Shown: positions 1 through 10,255, numbered from the stretch's first letter. The stretch is DNA of 64,000 nucleotides from Acidobacteriota bacterium (GCA_965209055.1 OZ242374.1:896001-960000), one strand, 5' to 3'. The notes: generated from the sequence alone by a model not told the origin. A program made the numbers and translations.

Positions 1-236
1 TCCACAGTACCGGATTCGTCGGTGGTCTGTTCCTGATCTCCGATCAGGACTGACGCGCCCGCTATGGCGGCGGCTGACTGATCCAGGACCCTGACCTCAA
101 GACATTGGCCGGCGGCGGAACCCGTAGCCATTGCCGTTGCCAGAATCGGTATCGAAAGTACGCCGGCTGCGCGTAAGCACAGCCATTCAGGAAACCACCA
201 CATTCGCGGAAACGATGACGTCATGATGCGCCTCAT
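1..236 (-). CDS. 5' part of a probable TonB-dependent receptor / CarboxypepD_reg-domain protein (runs off the window)
   Basis: Manual translation MRRIMTSSFPRMWW...ILATAMATGSAAGQCLEVRVLDQSAAAIAGASVLIGDQEQTTDESGTV: signal peptide followed by the V-x-D-x-S-x-A-x-I-x-G-A-x-V...T-D-x-x-G pattern. Not in the ORF track because it is truncated. Confidence 0.6.
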   Translation of the reverse strand, partial: MRRIMTSSFPRMWWFPEWLCLRAAGVLSIPILATAMATGSAAGQCLEVRVLDQSAAAIAGASVLIGDQEQTTDESGTV

Positions 237-284
237 AGTTGGTACTGTCCAGTACGTGTGCGTGTGCAAGTTGGTCAACATTAT

Positions 285-316
285 ATACGATGCCTCCGAC
301 ATACGATGCCTCCGAC
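285..316. repeat. Perfect 16-bp tandem duplication (ATACGATGCCTCCGAC x2)
   Basis: Read directly at 285-300 and 301-316. Confidence 0.9.
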
Positions 317-360
317 GCAATCCCATGAGGTGGGGATGGTTCGATGCGCTCAGCCCAGTC

Positions 361-395
361 ATGAGAAAATCACGCCAGCGCCACAATTATCTCAT
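361..395. promoter_or_regulatory. Operator-like inverted repeat ATGAGAAAAT-N15-ATTATCTCAT upstream of the truncated receptor gene
   Basis: Arms are 9/10 complementary, AT-rich, and resemble Fur half-sites. Regulator unknown. Confidence 0.35.
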
Positions 396-493
396 ATTGC
401 GTCCGGGTTTGAAACCGGCGCCTGCAAACGGCCTGGGTCGCATTTGAAACGGGATCGAAGTTCCTGCCCGGACCGCGGGGCCCTGGCGCTTTG

Positions 494-1789
494 TCAGCCG
501 GCATGAATGACCTGTGTTTTCGGATCGAACACCATGCGCTTTCCGCTCCAGTAGGCGTCGGTCGCCATGATGCACGCGATGGAGTGACCGTAACCGGCCT
601 CGACGGGACAATACAGCCCCTTGGAGTCGCGGCTGCGGACGGCGTCCAGCCAGTTGTTCATGTGAGCCATTCCCATTTCGTCCATGTCCACGGACTCTCT
701 GGGAACCACGATGCGATCCTGGATCTTGCCGTCGGAGTTCACACCCTGGCCGGAGAACAGCCAATCGGAGTCGGGGTTGGAGAAGGACTCCCCCTCGAAG
801 CTCCCCAGGGTGCCGTGGACCCGGGTGCCGTTGCCGTAACCGTTGATCCAGTTGGTGGAGTAGACGGCGAGGAACTTGCCGTCCCCCTTCCGGTACTCCA
901 GGGTGACCTCCTGGGTGTCGGGATTCTCCCGGTAGTCCTTCCATTTGTAGATCCCGCCGTGGGACACGGCGCTCACCGGATAGGAGACTCCGGTCAACAT
1001 GTGGGCCAGATCGATCCCGTGGCTCATCCACTGGTCGATGATTCCGCTGGAAAAGTCCTTGAACAGTCGGAAGCTGCGAAAGATGCGGGGATCGAAGGGC
1101 CGCTGCGGCCGTCCCATGAGCCAGGTGTTCCAGTCCAGGTCGCTCTCCCGGGCCATCAGGAGGTCCTTTTTCTTCCGGGCCCAGCGGTAGGGGCTGTAGA
1201 AGCTCCAGTGGAGATCCACCTTGACCACGTCGCCGATCAGTCCGTCGGCAATCATCCGGGTGGCCTTCCGGTACCGGGAATTGGCGCGCCTCTGGGTTCC
1301 GATCTGGACGATGACGCCCGCCTTGCGCACTGCGTCCAGGGCCTCGTTTGCCTCGGAGAGCACGTTGGACATGGGTTTCTCGCAGTAGGCGTCCATCCCG
1401 GCGTCGGCGGCCAGCTTGAGAATCTGGGCGTGCGCGTGGTCGGGAGTGGCGATGATGAGGGCATCGATCTCCTTGTCCGCCAGGATCTCCTCGTGGTGAC
1501 GGTAGATCTTGGGCGCCCGGCCCTCCTTCTCCTCCACCAGCGAAGCGGCCCGGTCGCGGCGGTAGTTCCAGAGATCGCAGACCGCCGTCATGCGGGCTCC
1601 GTATTGGTCTCCGCTCTTGAGGAACTGCTTCAGGAGACCGGTGCCGCGCCCGCCCGGACCGACGATCCCCACGTTGATGTTGTTGTTGACGTTGCGGGCG
1701 CTGAGGATTCCGGGAAACCCCGCCAACGCCAACCCTGCCCCCGCCGAACGGGACAGGAAGGAGCGCCGGTGAATGGACGATTAACTCAT
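494..1789 (-). CDS. Gfo/Idh/MocA family oxidoreductase with Tat signal; in-frame TAA at codon 3 (possible pseudogene)
   Basis: GIVGPGGRG Rossmann motif, IATPDHAH, YCEKP, HGIDL. GGAGG RBS then ATG at 1789 reads M-S-*-S-S-I-H-R-R-S-F-L. The open frame is 494..1732. Confidence 0.9.
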
Positions 1790-1893
1790 GAAGCGATTTC
1801 CTCCCTGGAATCAGATTGGATCGATCAACGAAACTTGCCCTATGCTAACAATACCCTCCAGCGGAATACAACCACCTCGATTGAATCTTCACA

Positions 1894-4800
1894 CTAGAAA
1901 GTGATTTTCATCCCGACCTGCATCACGCGGGGAGAAAAGGCGGAGCTGATCTGGCCGAACAGCGGGCTGTTGGGATTGTGCATGTTGGTGACGCCGAGGC
2001 CGGTGATGCCGATGCCCTTGTTGGTGACGGCGAAATTGGTGCGATTGAGACTGTTGAAGAAGTCGAACCGGAGCTGGAGCCGCGATTCCTCCGTCACCGG
2101 GATCGGGAAGCTCTTGCGCACCCCGAGATCCAATGACGCGTACCAGGGCCCACTGACGGGCGAAAGGCCCAGCGACCCCGCTTCCAACATGGCGGGATTC
2201 GCAAAATACCGGGATTCCATTCCCCCGCCGTCTGCAATCAGGCGGTGGTCGAACAGGATCACGCGGCCCTGCGAGTCGCGGAAGGACCCGGTCTTGTTCT
2301 GGAGCTCGCGGTTATCCATTCCCAGGAGATGAACCGTATTGGTCAACGCTCGGGAGCCGCCGCGGTTGATGGTTCCTCTTCCGGAGATGAGGTTGACGAC
2401 CTCGCCGGAACGGATCCTCAAGAATCCGCTGAGGTCCCATCCGCCGGCAATATAGTCCATGAATCCGCCGCCGCTCATCCACCTGCGCCCTTTGCCGAAG
2501 GGAATCTCCCAGACCCAGTTGGCGTTGTAGGTGTGGGTGATGTCGAAGTCGGGGCGCATGATCTCCAGGTGCTGCTGGGCGTTGTCGAAGTAACCGCGGA
2601 AATTGGACTGGGAGCCGGCGAAATTCGTCAGCACCTTGCCCCAGGTGTAGTTGAACTGGCCCGAGAATCCGCCGCGGAATTGCCGCCGGATCTCGAACTG
2701 GAGCCCATTGTACTTGGAGAACGCATTGTTGCCGACCACGTCGGCGACGAAGGCGTTGGGATTGCGCAGGAAGAAGCTGATGGGCAGGGTTGCTCCGAAC
2801 CTCTCTCCCCCTTCGCCGTTGAAGAAGAACACCCGGTTCGGCGCCAGGAACCCGCCGATGTACTGCCCGATCTCACCGTTCCGAATCCAGTTCTGGACGC
2901 CGCCGGACTGAAGGAATCCAGCAAAGCCGAGTTGGGGAAAGATCTGCAACGGTTCGCCGGCGTAGGGACTTCCATAGGCGGCCAGATTCCTCTGAGCGCG
3001 CCTGAAGTCCGCCACGAATTCCGGCGGCAGCAGGACCTGATTCAGGTCGATGGCGCGGGTCAGCTTGATGCCGTGGTTCCCCACGTAGCGCAACTCCACG
3101 GCAGTGTTCTGCAGGAACTCGTGCTGGAGGCCGATGTTCCATTGCTGGACATACGGGGTTCTCATGTTCTCGTCGATAGTGAAAAGGGCCGTCGTGGGAT
3201 CGGCCAGGACCTGGTCGCGCGCGGTTCTGGGGACCTTGAACTCGGGTACCGGAATCGGCACCAGGCCGCCGCTGCTGACGGTGCCGCTGATCCCGGTGAC
3301 GGTCTGCGTCAGGCTCAAACCATCGTTGCCCCGCATCGCGTTGAGCACCGTGGTGATGTTGTTGTCGACCACGTAGTTCAAGCCGTATCCGGCACGGAGG
3401 ACCGTATTGTCCGAGATTCGCCACGCGAACCCGATGCTGGGAGCATAATTGTTCATGTCGTTCTTGAAGAACGGCCTTCCATTGGACGCGCCTGCGAAAT
3501 CGATGACGGCATTGGGATCGAGCACGGACTCGGGGCCTCCCACCGGCAGCAGGGCCAATCCCCGGGTCTCGTCCGGGACCGAGTGAAATTCCCATCGAAA
3601 CCCGAAGTTCAAGGTGAATTCGGGGGTGACTCGCCAGGTATCCGCGAGATAGATGTTGACGAAATTCTGATTCAGGATGCTGGTTTCAGATGCCCCGTCG
3701 ACGTACCCGGAACCGACCGACGCGGCGTTGAACGTCTGATCCGCCTCGTCGACGACTCCGGCCAGCGTCGCCAGGATCCCGGAGGCCGCGCCCAGATCAC
3801 TGGAAGAGATCCCGCCGGGGAAAAGGCCGGGAACCAGCGGGTCCGGATTTCCCGGGCCGAAACCGAGATAGTAGGTCGGCACGATTCCGTCATCGTTGAA
3901 ATTGTCGACCTGGGTCCAGCGAACGCCTCCCCCGAACTTGATGGTGTGATTTCCGGTGACCCAGGTCAGGTTGTCCATGGCGTCCAGGTTGCGGGTGTCG
4001 CGGCCCTGGGCCATAAAGTCCTGTACCGGATTCGAGAATCCGCCGGCCAAACTGAGCCGGTACCCCGGCGCAAAGGTCTCGTTGGTGAAGAAACCGACAC
4101 TGGCGGCCTGGAAACCGAACCGCCCTTCATTGGTGACGGTCGGACTCAGCCCACTCCTGAGGGAGAAGGATCCCAGCCGGCGGTCGGAGCCCTGGCCTGC
4201 GCCCGGAAGACCCGGGAAGACGGAATCGATATTGTTGAACGCAGAGTTGGGAACATCAAGCGTGAACTGGTGAAACGTGCCGGTGAGGGAATGGCTGGCG
4301 TTGATCTCGTAGTCGGCCCGGAAGACGATCCATTCGCTGGTGGAGGCATCGGGGCTGTTGAACCGGAAGCCGGCGGTGTTTCTTCCGTCGCCCACCGTGG
4401 CGTCATTGGGCGGCGGGGTCAGGCTCACCAGGGACTGGATGGCCGGGTCCGGACTCAGTCCGGTGAGCTCGAACAGGTTCAGCGTGGCCAGCTCGCCGGT
4501 GTCCTGCCGGACGTAGGTGAAATTCCCGGCACGGGCCGTGTTCCTCAGGACGGTCCGGACGACGGAGACCGTCGCAGGGCTGGGCTCCCGCTCATAGTTG
4601 AAGAAGAAAAAGAGTTTGTCCTTCAGGATGGGGCCACCCAGGTTGAAGCCGTACTGATGATTCAGGAGCTTCTCCTTGGGGACGCCGGCCGCGTTGTTGA
4701 AGAAGTCGGTGGCGTTGAGGGCGTCGTTCTGATGGTAGTAGTACAACTCGCCATGGAAATCATTGGTGCCGGAACGGGTTACGAACTGTGTCTGAGAGGC

Positions 4801-5523
4801 TCCCATACCGGCGTCGACCTCCGAGTTGGCGGTGGTGATGTTGATCTCCTCGATGAAGCTCTCACGGACCGGAATGACTCCGAACAGAGCGTCCGTCCGG
4901 ATGAACGTGTCCTGGTTGTTGACCCCGTCCAGGGTGAAGTTGTTGAAGGTCCCCCGAGTGCCGTTGATGGAGGCCGTTCTGGCCCCGCCTACGCTGGTCA
5001 CCCCGGCCTGGGTGAGCGCCAACTGGGTGACGTTGCGGCCGTTCAGGGGAAGCTCCTTCACCTGCTCCCGATTGAGGTTGGTGTTGATTTCGGCGTTGAC
5101 CTGGTTGATGACGGCCTGGGTCAGCGCCGCGCTCACCGTGACCTGCTCGTCGACCCCGCCGACCTCCAGCACCACATCCACCGAGGCGGGAGTGTCCAAC
5201 TCGACCCGGACTCCTTCGACGACCGCCGTCTTGAAACCGGGCAGTTGGGCCGTGATCCCGTAGATGCCGCGGGGCACCTGCGGAAACACGTAGAGGCCGA
5301 TGTCACTCGTCACCGCGTCCATGGCGGCATTGGTGTCGACGTTGGTCAGCGTCACCGCAACCCCGGGAAGGACGGCGCCGCTCTGGTCCCGCACCGTCCC
5401 GTCGACCCGGGAGGTGAGAACCTGCCCCGCCGCCGGGAGGAACGCGGCCAGCAGGATCGGTATCAGCGCGATCCACCTGCTACCTAATTTGCGACTTGGT
5501 GAACTACATAATTCATGGGGCAT
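1894..5523 (-). CDS. TonB-dependent receptor (Oar-like, N-terminal CarboxypepD_reg domain)
   Basis: GTVRDQSGAVLPGVAV, LPLNGRN, TRSGTNDFHG, C-terminal PRVMQVGMKITF ending in Phe. GGGAG RBS before ATG 5523. Confidence 0.93.
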   Translation of the reverse strand: MPHELCSSPSRKLGSRWIALIPILLAAFLPAAGQVLTSRVDGTVRDQSGAVLPGVAVTLTNVDTNAAMDAVTSDIGLYVFPQVPRGIYGITAQLPGFKTAVVEGVRVELDTPASVDVVLEVGGVDEQVTVSAALTQAVINQVNAEINTNLNREQVKELPLNGRNVTQLALTQAGVTSVGGARTASINGTRGTFNNFTLDGVNNQDTFIRTDALFGVIPVRESFIEEINITTANSEVDAGMGASQTQFVTRSGTNDFHGELYYYHQNDALNATDFFNNAAGVPKEKLLNHQYGFNLGGPILKDKLFFFFNYEREPSPATVSVVRTVLRNTARAGNFTYVRQDTGELATLNLFELTGLSPDPAIQSLVSLTPPPNDATVGDGRNTAGFRFNSPDASTSEWIVFRADYEINASHSLTGTFHQFTLDVPNSAFNNIDSVFPGLPGAGQGSDRRLGSFSLRSGLSPTVTNEGRFGFQAASVGFFTNETFAPGYRLSLAGGFSNPVQDFMAQGRDTRNLDAMDNLTWVTGNHTIKFGGGVRWTQVDNFNDDGIVPTYYLGFGPGNPDPLVPGLFPGGISSSDLGAASGILATLAGVVDEADQTFNAASVGSGYVDGASETSILNQNFVNIYLADTWRVTPEFTLNFGFRWEFHSVPDETRGLALLPVGGPESVLDPNAVIDFAGASNGRPFFKNDMNNYAPSIGFAWRISDNTVLRAGYGLNYVVDNNITTVLNAMRGNDGLSLTQTVTGISGTVSSGGLVPIPVPEFKVPRTARDQVLADPTTALFTIDENMRTPYVQQWNIGLQHEFLQNTAVELRYVGNHGIKLTRAIDLNQVLLPPEFVADFRRAQRNLAAYGSPYAGEPLQIFPQLGFAGFLQSGGVQNWIRNGEIGQYIGGFLAPNRVFFFNGEGGERFGATLPISFFLRNPNAFVADVVGNNAFSKYNGLQFEIRRQFRGGFSGQFNYTWGKVLTNFAGSQSNFRGYFDNAQQHLEIMRPDFDITHTYNANWVWEIPFGKGRRWMSGGGFMDYIAGGWDLSGFLRIRSGEVVNLISGRGTINRGGSRALTNTVHLLGMDNRELQNKTGSFRDSQGRVILFDHRLIADGGGMESRYFANPAMLEAGSLGLSPVSGPWYASLDLGVRKSFPIPVTEESRLQLRFDFFNSLNRTNFAVTNKGIGITGLGVTNMHNPNSPLFGQISSAFSPRVMQVGMKITF

Positions 5524-5813
5524 AACACATCTCCCGTTTGAGGGGTTTCCCGAGGATCTTGTCGAGAAACTTTGCTCTGGCGAGCCGCATTCTGTCATTT
5601 TGCGGCCCAGTATAAATTCCATTTTTATTATATCTCACGATGTTGGTATGTGGAATGACTATGGGACGGCGGCCGTTCTTGCAACCGTCGGTGCCCCCCA
5701 ATAGACTCGGCGAGCGATTCGAATGCCGCCTCCAACGCCTTCGCGGCTCGCAGTCGAGCAGACCGGTTCAACCGGATCTTCCCCCGGATCAATGGATACA
5801 TAGGAATAAAACG

Positions 5814-7691
5814 ATGTTCGACAGAAAAACGCCGGCGGCTTTGATTCTGACGGCAACTCTCCTGCTGGAGACGACCCTCCCGTCCGGATCTCTCATGGGC
5901 GCGAAAGGCACTCGGACCGAGGCCCGGGGACTTCGGGGCGCGGTGGCGGCCGGGCATCCCCTGGTGGCCGGCATCGGAATGGAGATCTTTCATCAGGGAG
6001 GCAACGCCGTGGACTCGGGCGTGGCCATGATCCTGGCGGCCTCCGTGGTGGAGTTCAATTCCTTCGGATTCGGGGGCGAGATGCCCACCCTCATCTATTC
6101 CCCCCGGGAACGGCGGGTGGTGGCGGTCAACGGCAACACCCGCACCCCCCGGGCGGCCAGCATCGAATGGTTCCGCCAGCAAGGATACCGGCTGATCCCG
6201 GGAGACGGCTTCCTGCCGGCGGGAGTCTGCGCCGTACTGGCAGCGGTGGTCCTGAGCCTGGACCGGTACGGGACCCTCAGCTTCTCCCAGATCGTTCAGG
6301 GCGCCATCCGCCTGGCCGACGGGTTTCCGGTGGACGAACGCTGGCGCCGGGGCGTGGGCCGGAAGAAATCGGAAAAGTACCGGGGAGCCGAGACCTTCCG
6401 CCGGGAGTGGCCCAGTTCGGGCGAGGCTTTTCTTCACGACGGCCGGGTCCCCGAGGTGGGGGAGGTGACCCGTCTCCCCGACCTGGCCCGCACCTTCCGC
6501 CGGTTGGCCGACGCCGAGAAGATGGCGTTGAAGAAGGGAGCCGGCCGCAGCGAGGCGCTACGGGCCGTTCACGACTATTTCTACAAGGGCCCCATCGCCC
6601 GGCAACTGGTCCGATTCTCCCGGGAGTTCAAGGTTCGGGACAACGAAGGAGGCTATCACCACAGCCTTTTGACGGAGGAGGATTTCGCCGACTACGAAGC
6701 CCGGATCCAGGAGCCGTGGAGATTCGACTACCGGGGATACCAGGTCTACAAGTGCGGACCCTGGACCCAGGGACCGGTCTTCCTGCAGCAGTTGGCGCTG
6801 CTGGAAGGCTACGACCTGGCAGCGCTCAAGCACAATAGCGCCGACTACCTGCACCTCTGGTTGGAAACCGCCAAGCTGGCCCACGCCGACAAGGAGAAGT
6901 ACTACGGGGATCCCGACTTCGTCTACGTTCCCCGGCAGGGCCTCCTCTCCCGCGCCTATGCCAAGCTGAGGCGGAAGCTCATCGATTGGAAGACCGCTTC
7001 CCTGGAACTGCGCCCCGGGGATCCCTTTCCCTTCGACGCCCACCCCGAGAAGCGCCCCGCCAACCTGAGCCTGGCTCCGGTCCAACCAGGTTTGCGGGAT
7101 GACGGGACCACCGGAGTTCGGGCCGTGGACTCCCACGGGACCATTTTCTCCTCCACTCCGAGCGGGGGCTGGCCCGCATCCTCTCCCATCGTGCCGGGCC
7201 TGGGATTCTGCCTGGGCAGCCGGGTGCAGATGTTTTACCTGGAGGAGGGTTTGGCCAAGTCTCTGGCCCCGGGCAAGCAGCCCTCCACCAGCCTGACTCC
7301 GACTTTGGTCACCAGGGACGGGCGCCCCTGGTTGGGATTCGGCATGCCGGGAGGAGACGTCCAGGACCAGGGGACGTTGCACTTCTTCCTGAACGTGGTG
7401 GACTTCGGGATGGGCCTCCAGGACGCGTTGGACGCGCCCAAGGTCTGGACCCGCCATTTCCCCGGCCTCTTCTACCCCCACCGCGCGTATCCCGGACGGG
7501 CCGTCCTGGAAGGTCGCCTGGCCAACCTGGAGGAGATCGCCGACGACCTCCGCGGGAGGGGGCACGACGTGCAGATCGCCAGTCCCTGGAGCGGGGACAA
7601 CACCATGGTGGTCATGATCGATCCCAAGACGGGGACCCTGGTGTCCGCCACCAATCCCCGCATGGAAGGGAGCACCGCCCTGGCCTGGTAA
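5814..7691 (+). CDS. ggt: Gamma-glutamyltransferase family (Ntn hydrolase), exported
   Basis: GGNAVDSGVA, GFGGE, GPWTQGP, autocleavage Thr in DGTT, TPSGG, GMPGGDVQDQ; signal peptide. Confidence 0.9.
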   Translation: MFDRKTPAALILTATLLLETTLPSGSLMGAKGTRTEARGLRGAVAAGHPLVAGIGMEIFHQGGNAVDSGVAMILAASVVEFNSFGFGGEMPTLIYSPRERRVVAVNGNTRTPRAASIEWFRQQGYRLIPGDGFLPAGVCAVLAAVVLSLDRYGTLSFSQIVQGAIRLADGFPVDERWRRGVGRKKSEKYRGAETFRREWPSSGEAFLHDGRVPEVGEVTRLPDLARTFRRLADAEKMALKKGAGRSEALRAVHDYFYKGPIARQLVRFSREFKVRDNEGGYHHSLLTEEDFADYEARIQEPWRFDYRGYQVYKCGPWTQGPVFLQQLALLEGYDLAALKHNSADYLHLWLETAKLAHADKEKYYGDPDFVYVPRQGLLSRAYAKLRRKLIDWKTASLELRPGDPFPFDAHPEKRPANLSLAPVQPGLRDDGTTGVRAVDSHGTIFSSTPSGGWPASSPIVPGLGFCLGSRVQMFYLEEGLAKSLAPGKQPSTSLTPTLVTRDGRPWLGFGMPGGDVQDQGTLHFFLNVVDFGMGLQDALDAPKVWTRHFPGLFYPHRAYPGRAVLEGRLANLEEIADDLRGRGHDVQIASPWSGDNTMVVMIDPKTGTLVSATNPRMEGSTALAW

Positions 7692-7766
7692 GCGGCCGCC
7701 TGCCGAGTCCAAGGCCGCTCATCTTCCCCGGTCCGGCGCCGGACAACTGCAACACGGGAGCTTGAA

Positions 7767-9395
7767 TTGGAACAGACGGGACTCTCCTGGATCGACTGGA
7801 CGGTGATCGTCGTCTACGCCAGCGCGACCATCGCCCTGGGCTGGTACTACAGCCGCAAGCAGAAGGACTCCAGGGAGTACTTTATCGGGAGCGGCAGCCT
7901 GAATCCCATCCTGGTGGGCGTTTCCCTGTTCGCCACCCACTTGAGCACCATCTCCTACCTGTCGGTTCCGGGCGAGACGATCTCCAAGGGTCCCATCATG
8001 ATCCTGTTGATCATCCCCTGTTATCCGGTCTCCTACTTCATCGTGCGCCGGTACCTCCTTTCCGTCTACATGCGGCACCGCGTGACCAGCGCCTACGAGT
8101 TGCTGGAGAACCGGCTGGGGCTGGGCGTGCGCCTCCTGGGCGCCGGCATGTTCATCGTGGTGCGCCTGAGCTGGATGTGCCTGCTGGTCTTCGTGGCGGC
8201 CCGAGCCATGACGGTGATGCTGGGCGTCAGCGAGGAATGGATCCCCTGGATTGTCCTGGTCACCGGATTCGTCTCCATCATCTACACCTCGCTGGGCGGA
8301 CTGGGAGCCGTCGTGATCACCGACTTCCTGCAGACGGCCCTGCTGTTGGGAGGAGCCCTGCTGGTCATCGTCCTGGTGACCGTCGAGTTGGGCGACCTGA
8401 GTTGGATCCCCACTTCCTGGCAAGCCACCTGGGACAGTCAACCCGCCTTCAGCTTCGATCCCCGGGTCCGGGTCACCATGTTCGGAACCTTCATGTCGGT
8501 CCTGGTCTGGACCGTTTGCACGGCGGGTGGCGACCAGTTGAGCATTCAGCGGTTCATGTCCACCGGCGACGCCGAGGCCGCCAAGCGCGCCTATCTGGCT
8601 CAGGCCCTGGTCGCCTCCGCCGTCCTCTTCACCCTGCTCTTCGTCGGCTTCGCCCTCATGGGATACTTCCAGGCCCGGCCCCATGAGCTGCCGGCGGGGC
8701 TGAACCTGGCCACGGGGGGCGACCAGATCTTCCCCAGGTTCATCGCCTTCCACCTGCCCATCGGGGTCGCCGGGCTGGTGGTGTCCGCCATGTTCGCCGC
8801 GGCCATGTCGAGCCTCGACTCGGGCGTGAACTCGATTACCGCCGTGGTGACCACCGATTTCCTGGACCGGTTCGGCCTCATGCCCAAGACCCGGAAGGGA
8901 CACGTCCGGCTGGCCCAGTGCCTGGCCTTCGGCCTGGGAGCCATCGTGGTCATCGGCAGCTCATACATGGGAAACGTTCCGGGAAACATCACCGGCATGA
9001 CGCAACGGACCACCAACCTGCTGGCGACCCCGGCCTTCAGCCTGTTCTTCTTCGCCCTCTTCTACCGTTACGGCAAGCCGGCCGGGGCGGTGGTGGGAGC
9101 CGTCTACGGAATTACGGTGGGAGCGTTGATCGCCTTCTCGGCGAACTTCTACAGCCTTATTCAAGACTCGGCCATGCTGGCTTCCAGCGCCGCCGTCGAC
9201 CTCTCGCCCATCAGCTTTCAATGGATCAGCCCACTTTCGCTGCTGGTCAACCTGGCCGCCGGCGCCGCCCTCAGCAAGGCCATCCGATCCGGCGACTCCA
9301 GGGGACGGATCTGCGTTAAATCGGGCATCGCCCTGCTGCCCCTTCTCCCCGTGGCCGGGCTTATCCTGGGATGGCCCTGGCTCGTCGGAAGCTGA
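7767..9395 (+). CDS. Sodium:solute symporter (SSS family)
   Basis: REYFIG, SLFATHLSTISYL, TSAYELLENR, YTSLGGLGAVVITDFLQ, AAAMSSLDSGVNS; many TM helices. Confidence 0.93.
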   Translation: MEQTGLSWIDWTVIVVYASATIALGWYYSRKQKDSREYFIGSGSLNPILVGVSLFATHLSTISYLSVPGETISKGPIMILLIIPCYPVSYFIVRRYLLSVYMRHRVTSAYELLENRLGLGVRLLGAGMFIVVRLSWMCLLVFVAARAMTVMLGVSEEWIPWIVLVTGFVSIIYTSLGGLGAVVITDFLQTALLLGGALLVIVLVTVELGDLSWIPTSWQATWDSQPAFSFDPRVRVTMFGTFMSVLVWTVCTAGGDQLSIQRFMSTGDAEAAKRAYLAQALVASAVLFTLLFVGFALMGYFQARPHELPAGLNLATGGDQIFPRFIAFHLPIGVAGLVVSAMFAAAMSSLDSGVNSITAVVTTDFLDRFGLMPKTRKGHVRLAQCLAFGLGAIVVIGSSYMGNVPGNITGMTQRTTNLLATPAFSLFFFALFYRYGKPAGAVVGAVYGITVGALIAFSANFYSLIQDSAMLASSAAVDLSPISFQWISPLSLLVNLAAGAALSKAIRSGDSRGRICVKSGIALLPLLPVAGLILGWPWLVGS

Positions 9396-9439
9396 TCCGG
9401 GAGAAAAACGTTCTTCCAGTCAATCGGAGACCGGAGTCC

Positions 9440-10102
9440 ATGGCGGACGCACTCACCCCCCAGGTCCTGAGATCAAGATTCTCCGAGGTCATGGAGAATC
9501 TGCCGCGCAGTCTCGCGCTGCGCCTGCATCGTTCCTTGAGCTGGATCGAGCGCGCAGACCAGGAGGCGGAGGACATCGACGCCGCCTTCATCTTCCACTG
9601 GATTGCCTTCAATGCGGCTTATGCGAGAGACCTTCCCGAGTCGTACGGAACGGAGGAGCGAGCGCTATTCGGCGAATATTTCGAAAAGATCGTCAGATTC
9701 GATGTCAACCGCAAAATCTACGACGCCATCTGGTCGAGGTTTTCGGGTTCGATCCGGTTGCTTCTGAACAACAGATATGTGTTTCAGCCGTTCTGGAGAC
9801 ACCAAAACCAGCCTCACACGTACGGCAACTGGGAGGACCTTTTTGTGCGAAGTCAGAAGACGATCGGACGTGCGCTTGCCCGCCAGGACACCAGGGCCGT
9901 GCTGAGCATCCTGTTCGATCGGCTCTACGTGCTGCGGAACCAGCTCTTCCACGGAGGGGCGACCTGGAACAGCAGGGTGAACCGGCGCCAGGTCCAGGAC
10001 GGAGCGCGGATCATGGCTTTTCTGGTTCCACACTTCATTGAACTGATGATGGATCACCCGGATGCCGGCTGGGGCCCGCCCTACTATCCGGTCGTGGATT
10101 GA
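9440..10102 (+). CDS. Stand-alone HEPN-domain protein (RxxxxH motif)
   Basis: LRLHRSLSW...FIFHWIAFNAAY...LYVLRNQLFHGG; helical protein. GGAG RBS before ATG 9440. Confidence 0.75.
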   Translation: MADALTPQVLRSRFSEVMENLPRSLALRLHRSLSWIERADQEAEDIDAAFIFHWIAFNAAYARDLPESYGTEERALFGEYFEKIVRFDVNRKIYDAIWSRFSGSIRLLLNNRYVFQPFWRHQNQPHTYGNWEDLFVRSQKTIGRALARQDTRAVLSILFDRLYVLRNQLFHGGATWNSRVNRRQVQDGARIMAFLVPHFIELMMDHPDAGWGPPYYPVVD

Positions 10103-10255
10103 AGCGCTAACTTGTTCCATCTGTTCGCAATCCATTGACGCACAACGGGAAGAATCCACGCCTGGAACCGGTTGCATCCGCCAGCCTCGATTCACATACT
10201 TGCGGTGCCGTTCTCCGAAGCTTCCTCACCGGCCCGGTCCGGCGGACGCCCGATA

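Noticed and set aside
237-490. Cobalamin or other riboswitch upstream of the receptor gene
   Set aside because: I could not find the conserved B12-box or other riboswitch consensus by eye; an Infernal scan would settle it.
2245-5487. 1080-aa plus-strand ORF and other long antisense ORFs (e.g. 491-1897, 12126-13772, 46935-48941, 49915-51930, 56683-58701)
   Set aside because: They mirror well-supported genes on the opposite strand, as expected from high-GC codon bias, and have no recognisable motifs.
10103-10255. Small ORF or ncRNA after the HEPN gene
   Set aside because: No RBS, motif or convincing structure.
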